NCBI GenBank assembly: GCA_963826115.1
Contig: CAWGVS010000006.1
Span: 896,001-960,000 of the forward strand
Source: an uncultured Candidatus Rokubacteria bacterium
Lineage (GTDB): Bacteria > Methylomirabilota > Methylomirabilia > Rokubacteriales > DASRDR01
Length of the DNA stretch: 64,000 nucleotides
Reading direction: 5' to 3'
Shown: positions 22,380 to 31,660 of the stretch, piece after piece
Layout: each line of letters starts with the position of its first letter
Position numbering within the stretch: position 1 is the first letter of the stretch
Translations under genes and position numbers: made by a program
Notes under the pieces: generated by a model
What the model was told of the DNA's origin: nothing
What the model saw: the letters and a program-made list of their open reading frames with translations, nothing else
The model's database searches: none

Positions 22380-22586
22380 CTACGCGGGGAGGATGCGCGC
22401 CTCCGGAACCTCCACTCGCCTGACCCCCTTGAAGCTGAAGAGCAGCTCGACGAGGTAGACCGGCGGCTCCGCGGACGTCTGCTGGACGATCGTCCCCAGC
22501 GCCTCGCGAACGTTCTGGCTGAACGCGACGCCCTGCACCACCATCCCGGAGAGATCGACCTTCACGCGCTGGCCGGGAGCAAGCAT
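22380..22586 (-). CDS. small hypothetical protein (beta-rich, SH3-like)
   Basis: 68 aa, 5 nt after the TPR gene, typical codon usage. Confidence 0.55.
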   Translation of the reverse strand: MLAPGQRVKVDLSGMVVQGVAFSQNVREALGTIVQQTSAEPPVYLVELLFSFKGVRRVEVPEARILPA

Positions 22587-22591
22587 GCTCG

Positions 22592-22921
22592 TTACTGGGC
22601 CTGCGTCTCGAGGCGACGGAGGAAGACCTCGATCTCCTTCTTGGTCTGGAGATCCCCGTTCCGCGTGGCGACGTCGAGCCCTTTCGCGTACGCCGCCCTC
22701 GCCTCGTCGAGACGCGCGACCCGCTCGAGGGAGCGCCCGAGCCCCCGGTACGCCGCCGAGTAGTCGGGCTTCAGGCGTATGGCTTCCCGGTACTCCGTCA
22801 CCGCGCTCTCGAACTGTTCCGCGGCCAGGTACGCGCCGGCGAGGCCGAAGCGGACGTCCGGATCCTCGGGCATGAGCTCCAGGACCTCCAGGAACTCGGC
22901 GATACGATCAGGCTCGGTCAT
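22592..22921 (-). CDS. tetratricopeptide repeat protein
   Basis: AIRLKPDYSAAYRGLG, EARAAYAKGL TPR pattern; GGAAGGA RBS. Confidence 0.85.
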   Translation of the reverse strand: MTEPDRIAEFLEVLELMPEDPDVRFGLAGAYLAAEQFESAVTEYREAIRLKPDYSAAYRGLGRSLERVARLDEARAAYAKGLDVATRNGDLQTKKEIEVFLRRLETQAQ

Positions 22922-22947
22922 GTCGGATTCCTTCCTGGCTCGCTCTC

Positions 22948-22971
22948 GAAGTGAGCGCCGGCGCTCACTTC
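22948..22971. promoter_or_regulatory. 24-bp perfect palindrome GAAGTGAGCGCCGGCGCTCACTTC (operator or hairpin)
   Basis: Exact self-complementarity, just upstream of the TPR gene RBS. Confidence 0.5.
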
Positions 22972-23023
22972 CCGAACATCCCGCGGAGGTTCGCGAATTC
23001 CGCCGGTGGGCTCCGAGGCGACC

Positions 23024-24325
23024 CTAGGCGCGGCGGTCCACGACGATCCGTCCCTCGCGCATCACCACGAGGATGCGCGCCGGGTCCTGCAGGACGCGGA
23101 CGTCACGGTCCGGCTCGCCCGCGACCACGAGCAGGTCGGCGAGCTTGCCGGGCTCGAGGGTGCCCAGGCGGTCTCCCGCGCCCAGCGCCTCGGCGGCGTT
23201 CCGGGTGGCGGTCAGCAGCGCCTGCTCCGGCGACAGGCCGCGCTCCACCATCAGCTCGAGCTCGTAGGCGTTCTTCCCCCAGTAGTCGCGGAGGGACCGG
23301 TAGGTGTCCGTCCCGAGCGCCATCCGCACCCCGGCCTCCGAGGCGCGCCGGAACCACTGGTCCCCGATAGCGGCGACGCGCTGGTATTTCCGGACGACCT
23401 CGGCGGGTGCCTGGCCGGCGGCGCGCCCCGTTCTCGCGCGCTCGGAGCGAATCGAGATGGTCGGCACCATGAACGCGCCGGTCTCCAGGAAGAGCGCGAG
23501 GCACTCCTCGTCGAGCTCGGTGCCGTGCTCGATCGTGTCGACGCCGGCCCGGAGCGCCCGCTTCGTGGCCTCCGCGGTGTGGCTGTGGACGGCCACCCGC
23601 TTGCCCACGGCGTGCGCCTCATCGACGAGGGCGGCGAGCTCCTCGGCCGTGTAGTTCCGCCACCAGAGCTCCTCCTTGTGGCCGGCGGCCCCGCCCGACG
23701 CGGACGTCTTGAAGAGGTCGACGCCCAGTCGGATCTCGGCGCGCACCAGCCGGCGCACCGCCCAGGGCCCGTCGGCGTACACCGACTCGTTCCGCGGCCA
23801 GGCGTCCGGGAGGGGAAGATCAGAATGGCCGCCCGTCTGCCCCACCCAGCCCGCCACGAAGATGCGCGGGCCGGGCACGAGCCCGATCGCGATCGCGCGC
23901 CGGAGGGCCAGCACCTCGAGGTTGAGGGGATTGATGGGGCCCGCGAGGTCGCGCACGGTGGTGAAGCCCGCCTCCAGCATGAGCCGCGCGTTCTTCGCCG
24001 CGTGGAGCGTGAGGAGCTGGGTGCGGGCGCCCACCTCGGCCCAGATCGCGTTCGGCTCGTCGGGGTCGACCACGCTGACGAGGTGGACGTGGAGGTCCAT
24101 GAGCCCGGGCATGACGGTGGCGCCGGCGACGTCCAGGCGCGGGCCAGTCCAGTCGGCGAGCTCGCTGGCCGGTGCCACGCGCTCGACGCGGCCGTCCCGG
24201 ACGAGGAGCGCCGCGTTTCGCCGGGCCCCGGTCCCCGTGCCGTCCCAGAGGCGACCGGCCACGAGGAGGAGGTCGGCCGACGCGGAGCCGTGTGGTGCGG
24301 CGTCGTGACGGACGGGATCCGGCAT
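23024..24325 (-). CDS. metal-dependent amidohydrolase (Xaa-Pro dipeptidase-like subgroup)
   Basis: PGLMDLHVH, GFTTVRD, QTGGH, VAVHSH, IEHG, LGTD. Confidence 0.88.
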   Translation of the reverse strand: MPDPVRHDAAPHGSASADLLLVAGRLWDGTGTGARRNAALLVRDGRVERVAPASELADWTGPRLDVAGATVMPGLMDLHVHLVSVVDPDEPNAIWAEVGARTQLLTLHAAKNARLMLEAGFTTVRDLAGPINPLNLEVLALRRAIAIGLVPGPRIFVAGWVGQTGGHSDLPLPDAWPRNESVYADGPWAVRRLVRAEIRLGVDLFKTSASGGAAGHKEELWWRNYTAEELAALVDEAHAVGKRVAVHSHTAEATKRALRAGVDTIEHGTELDEECLALFLETGAFMVPTISIRSERARTGRAAGQAPAEVVRKYQRVAAIGDQWFRRASEAGVRMALGTDTYRSLRDYWGKNAYELELMVERGLSPEQALLTATRNAAEALGAGDRLGTLEPGKLADLLVVAGEPDRDVRVLQDPARILVVMREGRIVVDRRA

Positions 24326-24434
24326 CGGCCGCTAGCTTGCCTCACGCGGGAATCGCGGCACAAGGGCCCGCACGATGCGAGTACAGCCAGGCGATGACGG
24401 CCGCCGGACCGTGCGGCACCGCGTCACGGCGAGG

Positions 24435-25382
24435 CTAGGCGCCGGGATCGTTGCGGTAGATGTCGGTGCTCAGGTAGCGCAGACCGGAATCGATGATGAT
24501 CGTCGCGACCGTGGCATCGGGCCCGAGTCGCTCGGCAACCCGGATGGCCGCGACCACGTTCGCTCCGGACGAAGCGCCTGCGAAGATGCCTTCCTCGCGC
24601 GCCAGTCGCCGGGCCATCTGCTTCGCGTCGCCCGTGGTGACCGTCTGGATCTCGTTGACGAGCTCCGGCTGCCAGAGCGGAGGGGTGAATCCGATGCCGA
24701 TTCCTTCGATCTTGTGCGAGCCCGACGGCCTTCCCGAGAGCACCGCGGACTCCGCCGGCTCGACGGCCACGATCAGGATCTGCTTGTTGTGATTCCACAG
24801 GGCCCTCGTCACCCCATGGATCGAATGCGCCGTGCCCACGGCGTGGACGAATGCGTCGATCCGCCCGTCGGTCTGCCGCCAGAGCTCCTCCCCGAGCGGG
24901 AGGTATCCTTCGATGGCATCGTGGTTGTTGAGCTGATCGCAGTACCAGTGCCCCGGCCGCCGGCTCACTTCCGCGGCCACGCGGATCATGTCCTTGATCA
25001 GGGCCTCGCTGATCATCTTGTTGACGCTCGGCACGTCGGTCACGCGCGCGCCGAACGCCTGCATCGTGCGCCGCTTCTCGTCGCTGAACGCGTCCGAGAA
25101 GACGATCTCGATGCCGTACCCCTTCGCGGCGCATACCAGGGCCAGGGAGATGCCGGTGGTTCCCGAGGTGTACTCGACGACCGTGCCCCCGGGCCGAAGC
25201 CGCCCGTCGGTCTCCGCGCGCTTGACCGCGGCGTCCGCCATGCGGTCCTTCATGCTCCCCGTCGGATTCGCCCACTCCAGCTTCGCGACGACGCGCGCGG
25301 AGCCGCGCGGCAGGACGTGGCGCAGCTGGACCAGCGGTGTATTGCCGATCCCACCCAGGACATTCGGGCCAATGGAGTCCAA
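24435..25382 (-). CDS. PLP-dependent cysteine synthase family protein (atypical motifs)
   Basis: IGNTPLV, KLEWANPTGSMKDR (PLP Lys), HKIEGIG, GASSG, DSGLRYLST. Confidence 0.85.
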   Translation of the reverse strand: MDSIGPNVLGGIGNTPLVQLRHVLPRGSARVVAKLEWANPTGSMKDRMADAAVKRAETDGRLRPGGTVVEYTSGTTGISLALVCAAKGYGIEIVFSDAFSDEKRRTMQAFGARVTDVPSVNKMISEALIKDMIRVAAEVSRRPGHWYCDQLNNHDAIEGYLPLGEELWRQTDGRIDAFVHAVGTAHSIHGVTRALWNHNKQILIVAVEPAESAVLSGRPSGSHKIEGIGIGFTPPLWQPELVNEIQTVTTGDAKQMARRLAREEGIFAGASSGANVVAAIRVAERLGPDATVATIIIDSGLRYLSTDIYRNDPGA

Positions 25383-25540
25383 CGCTACCTCCTGTGCGGA
25401 TGGTGCCGGCGGCGGCCGCGCCTGCGAATCATCGGGAATGGCCGTACGCTTCTGAGCTGTCTGCCGAGATCCTGACGAGCCTCGATTTCAATCCGCCGAG
25501 CGGCTCGGTTCCCAGGTCACGGAATCTGGAGCCGGCCGCT

Positions 25541-26350
25541 CTACGGCCCGAAGTAGAGGCCGCCGTTGACGTCGATGGTGGCGCCGGAGACGTAGGCGCC
25601 CTGGTCGGAGCAGAGGAGCGCCACGACCCCGGCGATGTCGTCCGGACGCCCGAGGCGCCCGAGCGGGATCGCGCGGAGCAGCGCCTCGTGCTGCCCGGGC
25701 TCCCGGCGACCCCAGGACATGGCCGCCATTCGCTCCGTGTTGATGAAGCCCGGTGCGATCGCGTTCACCGTGATGCCGTGGGGGCCGAGCTCGAGCGCCA
25801 GGGTCTTCGTGAGCCCGATCACGCCGCCCTTGGCGGCGGCGTAGTGGACGCCCACGCGGTCGCTGCCGCGTCGGGCGGCGATCGACGTGAAGTTCACGAT
25901 GCGCCCGGACCGCCGAGCCTTGAGCGCGGGGACGAAGGCGCGGCACACGAGGAACGCGGTCGTGAGGTTGCTCGCTACGATGCGCGCCCAGTCGACGTCG
26001 TCGATCTCCTCGATCGGAGCCGCGCGAGTCTGGAGCGGCGGGAGCTGATCCTCACGGCTCGGGGCGACCGGTCCGCCGGCAACGTTGACGAGGAAGCTCA
26101 CGTCGCCGACCTCCCCGAGCACCCGCTTGGCGAGATCCATGACCTCGTGGGGGTCGGTCAGGTCGGCGACGTACGACTCGGGTGCCGCCGGGCCGAGCTC
26201 ACGGGCGAGCTCCTGCAGCCCCGCCTCGTAGATGTCGACCGCCGCGACGCGGACGCGCTCCCCGACCAAACGGCGCACCACGGCCCCGCCGATGCCGCTG
26301 GCGGCCCCGGTCACGACCGCCACTCGCTCCGCGAGCCCGGTCAGCTGCAT
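25541..26350 (-). CDS. SDR family oxidoreductase
   Basis: TGAASGIG, YAAAK, VNAIAPG. Confidence 0.9.
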   Translation of the reverse strand: MQLTGLAERVAVVTGAASGIGGAVVRRLVGERVRVAAVDIYEAGLQELARELGPAAPESYVADLTDPHEVMDLAKRVLGEVGDVSFLVNVAGGPVAPSREDQLPPLQTRAAPIEEIDDVDWARIVASNLTTAFLVCRAFVPALKARRSGRIVNFTSIAARRGSDRVGVHYAAAKGGVIGLTKTLALELGPHGITVNAIAPGFINTERMAAMSWGRREPGQHEALLRAIPLGRLGRPDDIAGVVALLCSDQGAYVSGATIDVNGGLYFGP

Positions 26351-26360
26351 CGATACGTCC

Positions 26361-27203
26361 TCACGCCGTGTACGAGGCCCCGTTGACGTCGAGCGTCACG
26401 CCCGTCATGTAGCTCGTCTCGTCGGTGCAGAGGGCGACTACGAGCCCCGCCACCTCATCTACCGTGGCGAAGCGCCGGAGCGGGACGCTGGCCGCCATGC
26501 CCTCCGGCCCGCGCTGGTCCCCGATCGTGGCCATGAGGCGCGTCGCGCGCCCGCTCAGGACGACGCCGGGCGCCACGCAGTTGACACGGACGCCGTCGGC
26601 CCCGAGCTCCAGCGCGAGCTGCCGCGTGAGCGCCATGATCCCGGCCTTCGCGACGGCGTACGGGCCGCTGCTGCCCTCGCTCCCGGGCGCGAGGCCCTTC
26701 CGCGCGGCGACCGACGCGAAGTTCACGATCGCGCCGCCCCGGGACGCGCGGAGGTACGGTGCCGCGGCCCGGGCGCAGTAGAAGGCGCCGTCCAGGTTCG
26801 CGCCGAGGATCGTCCGCCAGTCGCCGAGGCTGCAGTTCGTGAGGCCCACGAACCCCCGGCGGGGCGGCGCGGTGAGGTCCTCCGGCGTGATGCCCCAGCT
26901 CCCGCCGACGGCGTTGACCAGGATGTCGATCCGTCCGAGCTCGCTGGCGGCTTCCTTCACCATCGCCTCGGCCGAGGCGGGGTCGGCCACGTCGGTCCGG
27001 ATCGAGCGGGCCCGCCGCCCGGCGGCCTCGATCGCGCGCGTGACCTCGGTGAAGCCGGCCTCGTAGAGGTCGGCCACGACGACGTCGGCGCCCTCGCGGG
27101 CGAGCCCGAGAGCCACGGCGTGGCCGATGCTGTCCGGCTTGGCGGCGCCGGTCACGATGGCGACCCGGCCGGCGAGCGGCGGCGGCCCCTCCACGCGGGT
27201 CAC
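26361..27203 (-). CDS. SDR family oxidoreductase
   Basis: TGAAKPDSIG, YAVAK, VNCVAPG; GTGA overlap with upstream stop. Confidence 0.88.
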   Translation of the reverse strand: MTRVEGPPPLAGRVAIVTGAAKPDSIGHAVALGLAREGADVVVADLYEAGFTEVTRAIEAAGRRARSIRTDVADPASAEAMVKEAASELGRIDILVNAVGGSWGITPEDLTAPPRRGFVGLTNCSLGDWRTILGANLDGAFYCARAAAPYLRASRGGAIVNFASVAARKGLAPGSEGSSGPYAVAKAGIMALTRQLALELGADGVRVNCVAPGVVLSGRATRLMATIGDQRGPEGMAASVPLRRFATVDEVAGLVVALCTDETSYMTGVTLDVNGASYTA

Positions 27204-28057
27204 CTCGCGAGCGCCGCCCGCCGCGCCGCGCCGGTGGGCCCGCCCCACATCTCCTGGACGTGCGGGTCCAGGGCGTCGCGGATCGCGTCGCCGACGAGGT
27301 TGAACGCGATCACCGTCAGGACCAGCGCGACGCTCGGAAACACGGTGAGCCAGGGCGCCTCACGCAGCACCAGGCGGCCATTGTCGATCATGTTGCCCCA
27401 GGTCGGGGTCGGCTCGGTGATGCCGAGGCCGAGGAAGCTCAGCATCGACTCGGTGAGGATCGCCGCGGGGACCAGGAGCGTGCAGAGGACGATGACCGGG
27501 TCGACGCCGTTCGGCAGCACGTGCCGCAGGAGGATGCGTCCGGTGCTCGCGCCGGCGGCGCGCGCCGCCTCGACGTACTCCCGCTCGCGCACGGCGAGGG
27601 CCGCCGCCCGCGTGACCCGGGCGAACTGCGGGACGTAGCCGAGGCTGATGCCCGCGATCACGGTGCCGAGGCCGGGGCCGAGGGCGGTCACGATGGCGAG
27701 CGCCAGGATCAGCGCCGGGAAGGACTGGAGCACGTCGACGCCCCGCACGAGGAGGTCGCTCGCGGGACCCCGGAAGTATCCGGAGGTGAGGCCGACGACG
27801 GTGCCGGTGACGGCGCTGATGACCACGACGGCGGCGCCCACCGCCAGCGACACGCGCGCCCCCCAGACCACGCGGCTCAGGATGTCGCGCCCCAGCCGGT
27901 CCGTGCCGAGGACGTGCTCCGCGGAGGGCGCCTTCAGCCGGCGGACCACCGACTGGGCGGTCGGACTCTTCACAGGGAGGCCGGGCGCGGCGAGGGCGAC
28001 CACGACGACGCTCGTGATGAACAGGCCGCTCAGGAGCACGGGGAGGCGGAGCCTCAC
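27200..28057 (-). CDS. peptide ABC permease (DppC-like)
   Basis: LGTDRLGRDILSR, EYVEAARAAGA, LSFLGLG. Confidence 0.9.
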   Translation of the reverse strand: MRLRLPVLLSGLFITSVVVVALAAPGLPVKSPTAQSVVRRLKAPSAEHVLGTDRLGRDILSRVVWGARVSLAVGAAVVVISAVTGTVVGLTSGYFRGPASDLLVRGVDVLQSFPALILALAIVTALGPGLGTVIAGISLGYVPQFARVTRAAALAVREREYVEAARAAGASTGRILLRHVLPNGVDPVIVLCTLLVPAAILTESMLSFLGLGITEPTPTWGNMIDNGRLVLREAPWLTVFPSVALVLTVIAFNLVGDAIRDALDPHVQEMWGGPTGAARRAALAR

Positions 28058-28986
28058 GTCGCGCGCACCCTAGGGTCCGCGAGCCCGTAGAGAAGGTCGA
28101 CCACGAGGTTCAGCAGGAGCACCGCAAAGGACGAGATCAGCACCACGCCCTGGATCACCGGGTAGTCGCGGGCCAGGATGGCGTCGAGGGCCAGCCGCCC
28201 GATGCCCGGCCGCGTGAAGACCGTCTCGGCCACGACGGCGCCCGACAGGAGCGTACCGACGTTCAGCCCGATGACGGTCAGCACCGGGATGATCGCGTTC
28301 CGGAGCACGTGGCGGCCAACCACCGCGCGCTCGCCGAGCCCCTTCGCGCGGGCCGTCCGCGCGAAGTCCTGGTTCAGCATCTGGAGGATGCTCGCGCGTG
28401 TGATCCGCGAGACGACGCCCGCCAGGAAGAAGCCGGTGGCGATGGCCGGCAGAACGAGGGCGCGCAGCATCTCGCCGAGCGTTGCGCCGGCGCCGGAGGT
28501 CGGGAACACGCGCCAGTGGAGGCTGAACGCCAGCAGGAGGACGAGGCCCCAGACGAACACTGGCACCGAGACCCCGAGGAGCGCCCCCACGCTGGCCGCG
28601 TAGTCGAGCCAGGTGCCGCGCCGGAGGGCCGCGACGGCACCGAGCGGCACCCCGATCGCCGCCGCGACCAGCGTCCCGCCGACCGTGAGGAGGAGCGTGT
28701 GGGGCACCGCGTCGAGCACCAGCCCCGTCACGGGCGCGCGGAGCGCAAGGGACTGCCCGAGGTCGAGCCGGAGGACACCCCCGAGGTATGCGGCGAACTG
28801 TTCGGCGAGCGGGCGGTCGACGCCCAGGTCGCGACGGAGCGCCGCCACGGCGTCGGGCGTGGCCGCGGTGCCGAGCAAGGCGATCGCGGGGTCGCCGGGG
28901 AGGACGCGCATCACCAGGAACACCAGCACGAGCGCCCCGAGCATGGTCGGGAGGATCTGGCCGAGCCGACGGGCGAGGTGCCGCAT
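28054..28986 (-). CDS. peptide ABC permease (DppB-like)
   Basis: LPGDPA, DFARTARAKGL, RDYPVIQG. Confidence 0.9.
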   Translation of the reverse strand: MRHLARRLGQILPTMLGALVLVFLVMRVLPGDPAIALLGTAATPDAVAALRRDLGVDRPLAEQFAAYLGGVLRLDLGQSLALRAPVTGLVLDAVPHTLLLTVGGTLVAAAIGVPLGAVAALRRGTWLDYAASVGALLGVSVPVFVWGLVLLLAFSLHWRVFPTSGAGATLGEMLRALVLPAIATGFFLAGVVSRITRASILQMLNQDFARTARAKGLGERAVVGRHVLRNAIIPVLTVIGLNVGTLLSGAVVAETVFTRPGIGRLALDAILARDYPVIQGVVLISSFAVLLLNLVVDLLYGLADPRVRAT

Positions 28987-29035
28987 GCGTGCCGTCTACG
29001 CCCGGTCCGTCATCACTCGAACGTGCTCCTGTCCA

Positions 29036-30022
29036 CTACTGGATGACCTCGGCTGCCCGCGCCAGCACGGCCGGGGGGATCGTGAGGCTCAGGGCCTTGG
29101 CGGCCTTGAGATTGATGACTAGGTCGAACTTCGTCGGCTGCTCGACGGGGAGGTCGGCGGGCTTGGCGCCCTTGAGGATCCGGTCCACGTACCCGGCCGC
29201 TCGGCGCCAGTTGTCGCGGACGTCGGCCCCGTACGCCATCAGGCCGCCCACGTGCGCGAACTCCAGGGGCCCGTACATCGCCGGCAGACGTCTCTGGGCC
29301 GCGAGCTCGACGAGCCGGAGTCGGTGCGCGAAGAACAACGAGCCACCCAGGACAACGATCGCGCCGACCCGCTCCCGCGTCGCCGCCGCGAACGCACCTT
29401 CGAACCCGCTTGGGGCCCGCGCTTCCAGGACCTGGAGCTGCATCTTCAGGAGGCGCGCCGAGGCCTCGATCTCTCTCACGGAGAGCGAATGGGACGGTAT
29501 GGTCGGATTCGACAGAACAGCCGCGCGGTCGAGGCTGGGCAGGGTCTCCTTGAGCAGCTGGAGTTGTTTTCCAGCGAGCTCCGGTCCGACGGAGGAGATT
29601 CCCGTGACATTGCCCCCCGGTCTCGCGAGGCTCGACACGAGCCCGCTCGCCACGGGATCGGGATGACTGGCCATGACGATGGGGATCGTCGATGTGGCGC
29701 GCTTGGCCGCCTCGGGTGAGGGGGCCGTGCCCGCGACGATCACGTCGACCGGGAGCCGCACGAGCTCGGCCGCGAGGGCGGAAAGATCTTCGGGGCGGTT
29801 TCCGTACCATCGGCCCTCGATGACGATGTTCCGCCCCTCGACGTAGCCGAGGTCTCGTAACACTTGGAAGAATCCACCCCAGAGATGCGCGGCCTCCGGG
29901 CTGTTCGGGGGCGAACCCCCGAGGAGGCCAATTCGATGGACCTTCGTCGCCGGCTGCGCCGTCGCGCCCGCCGGGCCGGCGACCACGCCGACCGCGCCCG
30001 CCAGGAATGCCCGTCGGTCCAC
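29036..30022 (-). CDS. orphan ABC substrate-binding protein (PF04392-like)
   Basis: VDRRAFL leader, LGYVEGRNIVIE, SLARPGGNVTG, RILKGAKPADLPVEQPTKFDLVINLK. Confidence 0.88.
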   Translation of the reverse strand: MDRRAFLAGAVGVVAGPAGATAQPATKVHRIGLLGGSPPNSPEAAHLWGGFFQVLRDLGYVEGRNIVIEGRWYGNRPEDLSALAAELVRLPVDVIVAGTAPSPEAAKRATSTIPIVMASHPDPVASGLVSSLARPGGNVTGISSVGPELAGKQLQLLKETLPSLDRAAVLSNPTIPSHSLSVREIEASARLLKMQLQVLEARAPSGFEGAFAAATRERVGAIVVLGGSLFFAHRLRLVELAAQRRLPAMYGPLEFAHVGGLMAYGADVRDNWRRAAGYVDRILKGAKPADLPVEQPTKFDLVINLKAAKALSLTIPPAVLARAAEVIQ

Positions 30023-30095
30023 CAGACGATCCTCTCGTTCAGCGCCCCCGACGTTCCGAGGGCCGCGGTCGATGCCGGCAGTCACCGCCGCCGCG

Positions 30096-31625
30096 CTAGT
30101 TGAACGTCAACCGCGTGATGTCGAGGCCCCAGATCGGCTCGAGGCTCGGCAGGCCCTGGAGCTTCGGGGAGTGGAGCATCGCCTCGGGGCGCATCATGAG
30201 CGGGATCATCGGGACGTCTCGCATCAGCTTCCGCTGGATCTCGTGGTACAGCTGCTCGCGCTTCTTGGGATCGAGCTCCCGGCGCGCGGGGATCAGGTCC
30301 GCTTCGAGGTTGTACTTGCTGACGGCGATCGCGCCGCCCGCGGGCGTGAAGGCGTCGGTCAGCCAGATGTCCGGATCGGGCTGGCGGACACAGCAGTGGA
30401 TGGCGAAGTAGACGCCCTGGCCGCGGAACATCCGTCCGAGCCACGTCGGCTGGTCCAGGAGCTCGAGCTTGACCGTGATGCCGGCGGGCTTCAGCTGCTC
30501 GGCGATCACCTCGCCGCCCAGCTTGTTCTCGTCGTAGTTCACCATCGTGACCTCGAGGCCGTTCGGGTAGCCGGCCTCGGCCAGGAGCTGCTTGGCCTTC
30601 TGGACGTCGTGCTCGTAGCGGGGGAGGTTGTCGGTCACGAAGGGGTACCCCTTGGGGATGGGCGAGAACCACGGCTCGCCGATGCCGTTGTAGCCGAGCT
30701 CGATGAGCTGCTTCCGGTCGATCGAGTGAGCGATCGCCTGGCGCACCTTGACGCTGTCGAAGGGCTTCACGGTCACGTTCATCATGAGGACCTGCGGCAG
30801 GTTCCGGTGGACGAGCGTCTCCTTGAAGCCCGCCCGCTTCAGCCGGTCCGCCACGGCCTGCTCGCGGACCTGCGAGTAGATCAGGTCGTACTCGCCGTTC
30901 TCCAGGCCGATCACCTGGGCGTTGATGTCGGTGACCGTCCGGAAGACCACCTTCTTGATGGCCGGGGCGCCGCCCCAGTACTTCTCGTTGGCCCGGATCA
31001 CCGCCTCGCGGTTGGGGATCCGGCTCTCGAACACGTACGGCCCCGTCCCGATGGGATCCCACGCGTAGCCCTGGCCCTTCTCCGCCACCGCCCGCGCGTT
31101 GACGATGGGGCCGGCCCGGTAGGGCGTGAGCAGGTAGAGGAAGCCGGCGTAGGGCTCCTTCAGGACGAGCTTCACCGTGTAGTCGTCGACGACCACGGCC
31201 TCCTTCAGCATGCGCATGCTGCCGGCGAACGGGGACTTGGTGTTCGGATCGAGCAAGCGGTCGAACGAGCCCTTCACGTCGGCGGCGGTCAGCTTCCCGT
31301 AGCCCTTGTGCCACTCGACGTCGCGGCGGAGCTTGAACGTGTACTCGAGGCCGTCCTTCGAGGCCGTCCAGGACGTCGCCAGGTCCGGCTCGAACTCGAT
31401 GCTGTTCGGCTTGAACTTGACGAGCGCGTTGTAGATGTTGCGGTTGAAGATCAGGTCCTGCGTGGTGATCGCGAAGTGCGGGTCGAGCGTGGCCTGGTGG
31501 ACGCCGGCGACCACCGAGAGCGTGTCCTTCGTCGACTTCTGGGCGTCCGCGGACGGAGTGGCGACGCCCACGACCAGGGCGACGGCCAGGAGCATCCGAC
31601 CGGCAAGCGCGGCGTTACACCTCAT
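30096..31625 (-). CDS. family 5 ABC substrate-binding protein
   Basis: AAGGAGG RBS, signal peptide, TLDPH, PDLATSW, PIGTGPY, VRQAIAH. Confidence 0.9.
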   Translation of the reverse strand: MRCNAALAGRMLLAVALVVGVATPSADAQKSTKDTLSVVAGVHQATLDPHFAITTQDLIFNRNIYNALVKFKPNSIEFEPDLATSWTASKDGLEYTFKLRRDVEWHKGYGKLTAADVKGSFDRLLDPNTKSPFAGSMRMLKEAVVVDDYTVKLVLKEPYAGFLYLLTPYRAGPIVNARAVAEKGQGYAWDPIGTGPYVFESRIPNREAVIRANEKYWGGAPAIKKVVFRTVTDINAQVIGLENGEYDLIYSQVREQAVADRLKRAGFKETLVHRNLPQVLMMNVTVKPFDSVKVRQAIAHSIDRKQLIELGYNGIGEPWFSPIPKGYPFVTDNLPRYEHDVQKAKQLLAEAGYPNGLEVTMVNYDENKLGGEVIAEQLKPAGITVKLELLDQPTWLGRMFRGQGVYFAIHCCVRQPDPDIWLTDAFTPAGGAIAVSKYNLEADLIPARRELDPKKREQLYHEIQRKLMRDVPMIPLMMRPEAMLHSPKLQGLPSLEPIWGLDITRLTFN

Positions 31626-31660
31626 GGAGCCCTCCTTCGGGATGGCCGGCGGCCTCGCGG

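Noticed and set aside
28788-29666. Similar antisense ORFs (..ARASTAGGIV..LRLMT..) here and at 50851-51138 that look like a conserved protein
   Set aside because: They are the reverse complements of the conserved 3' ends of the two PF04392-like genes.
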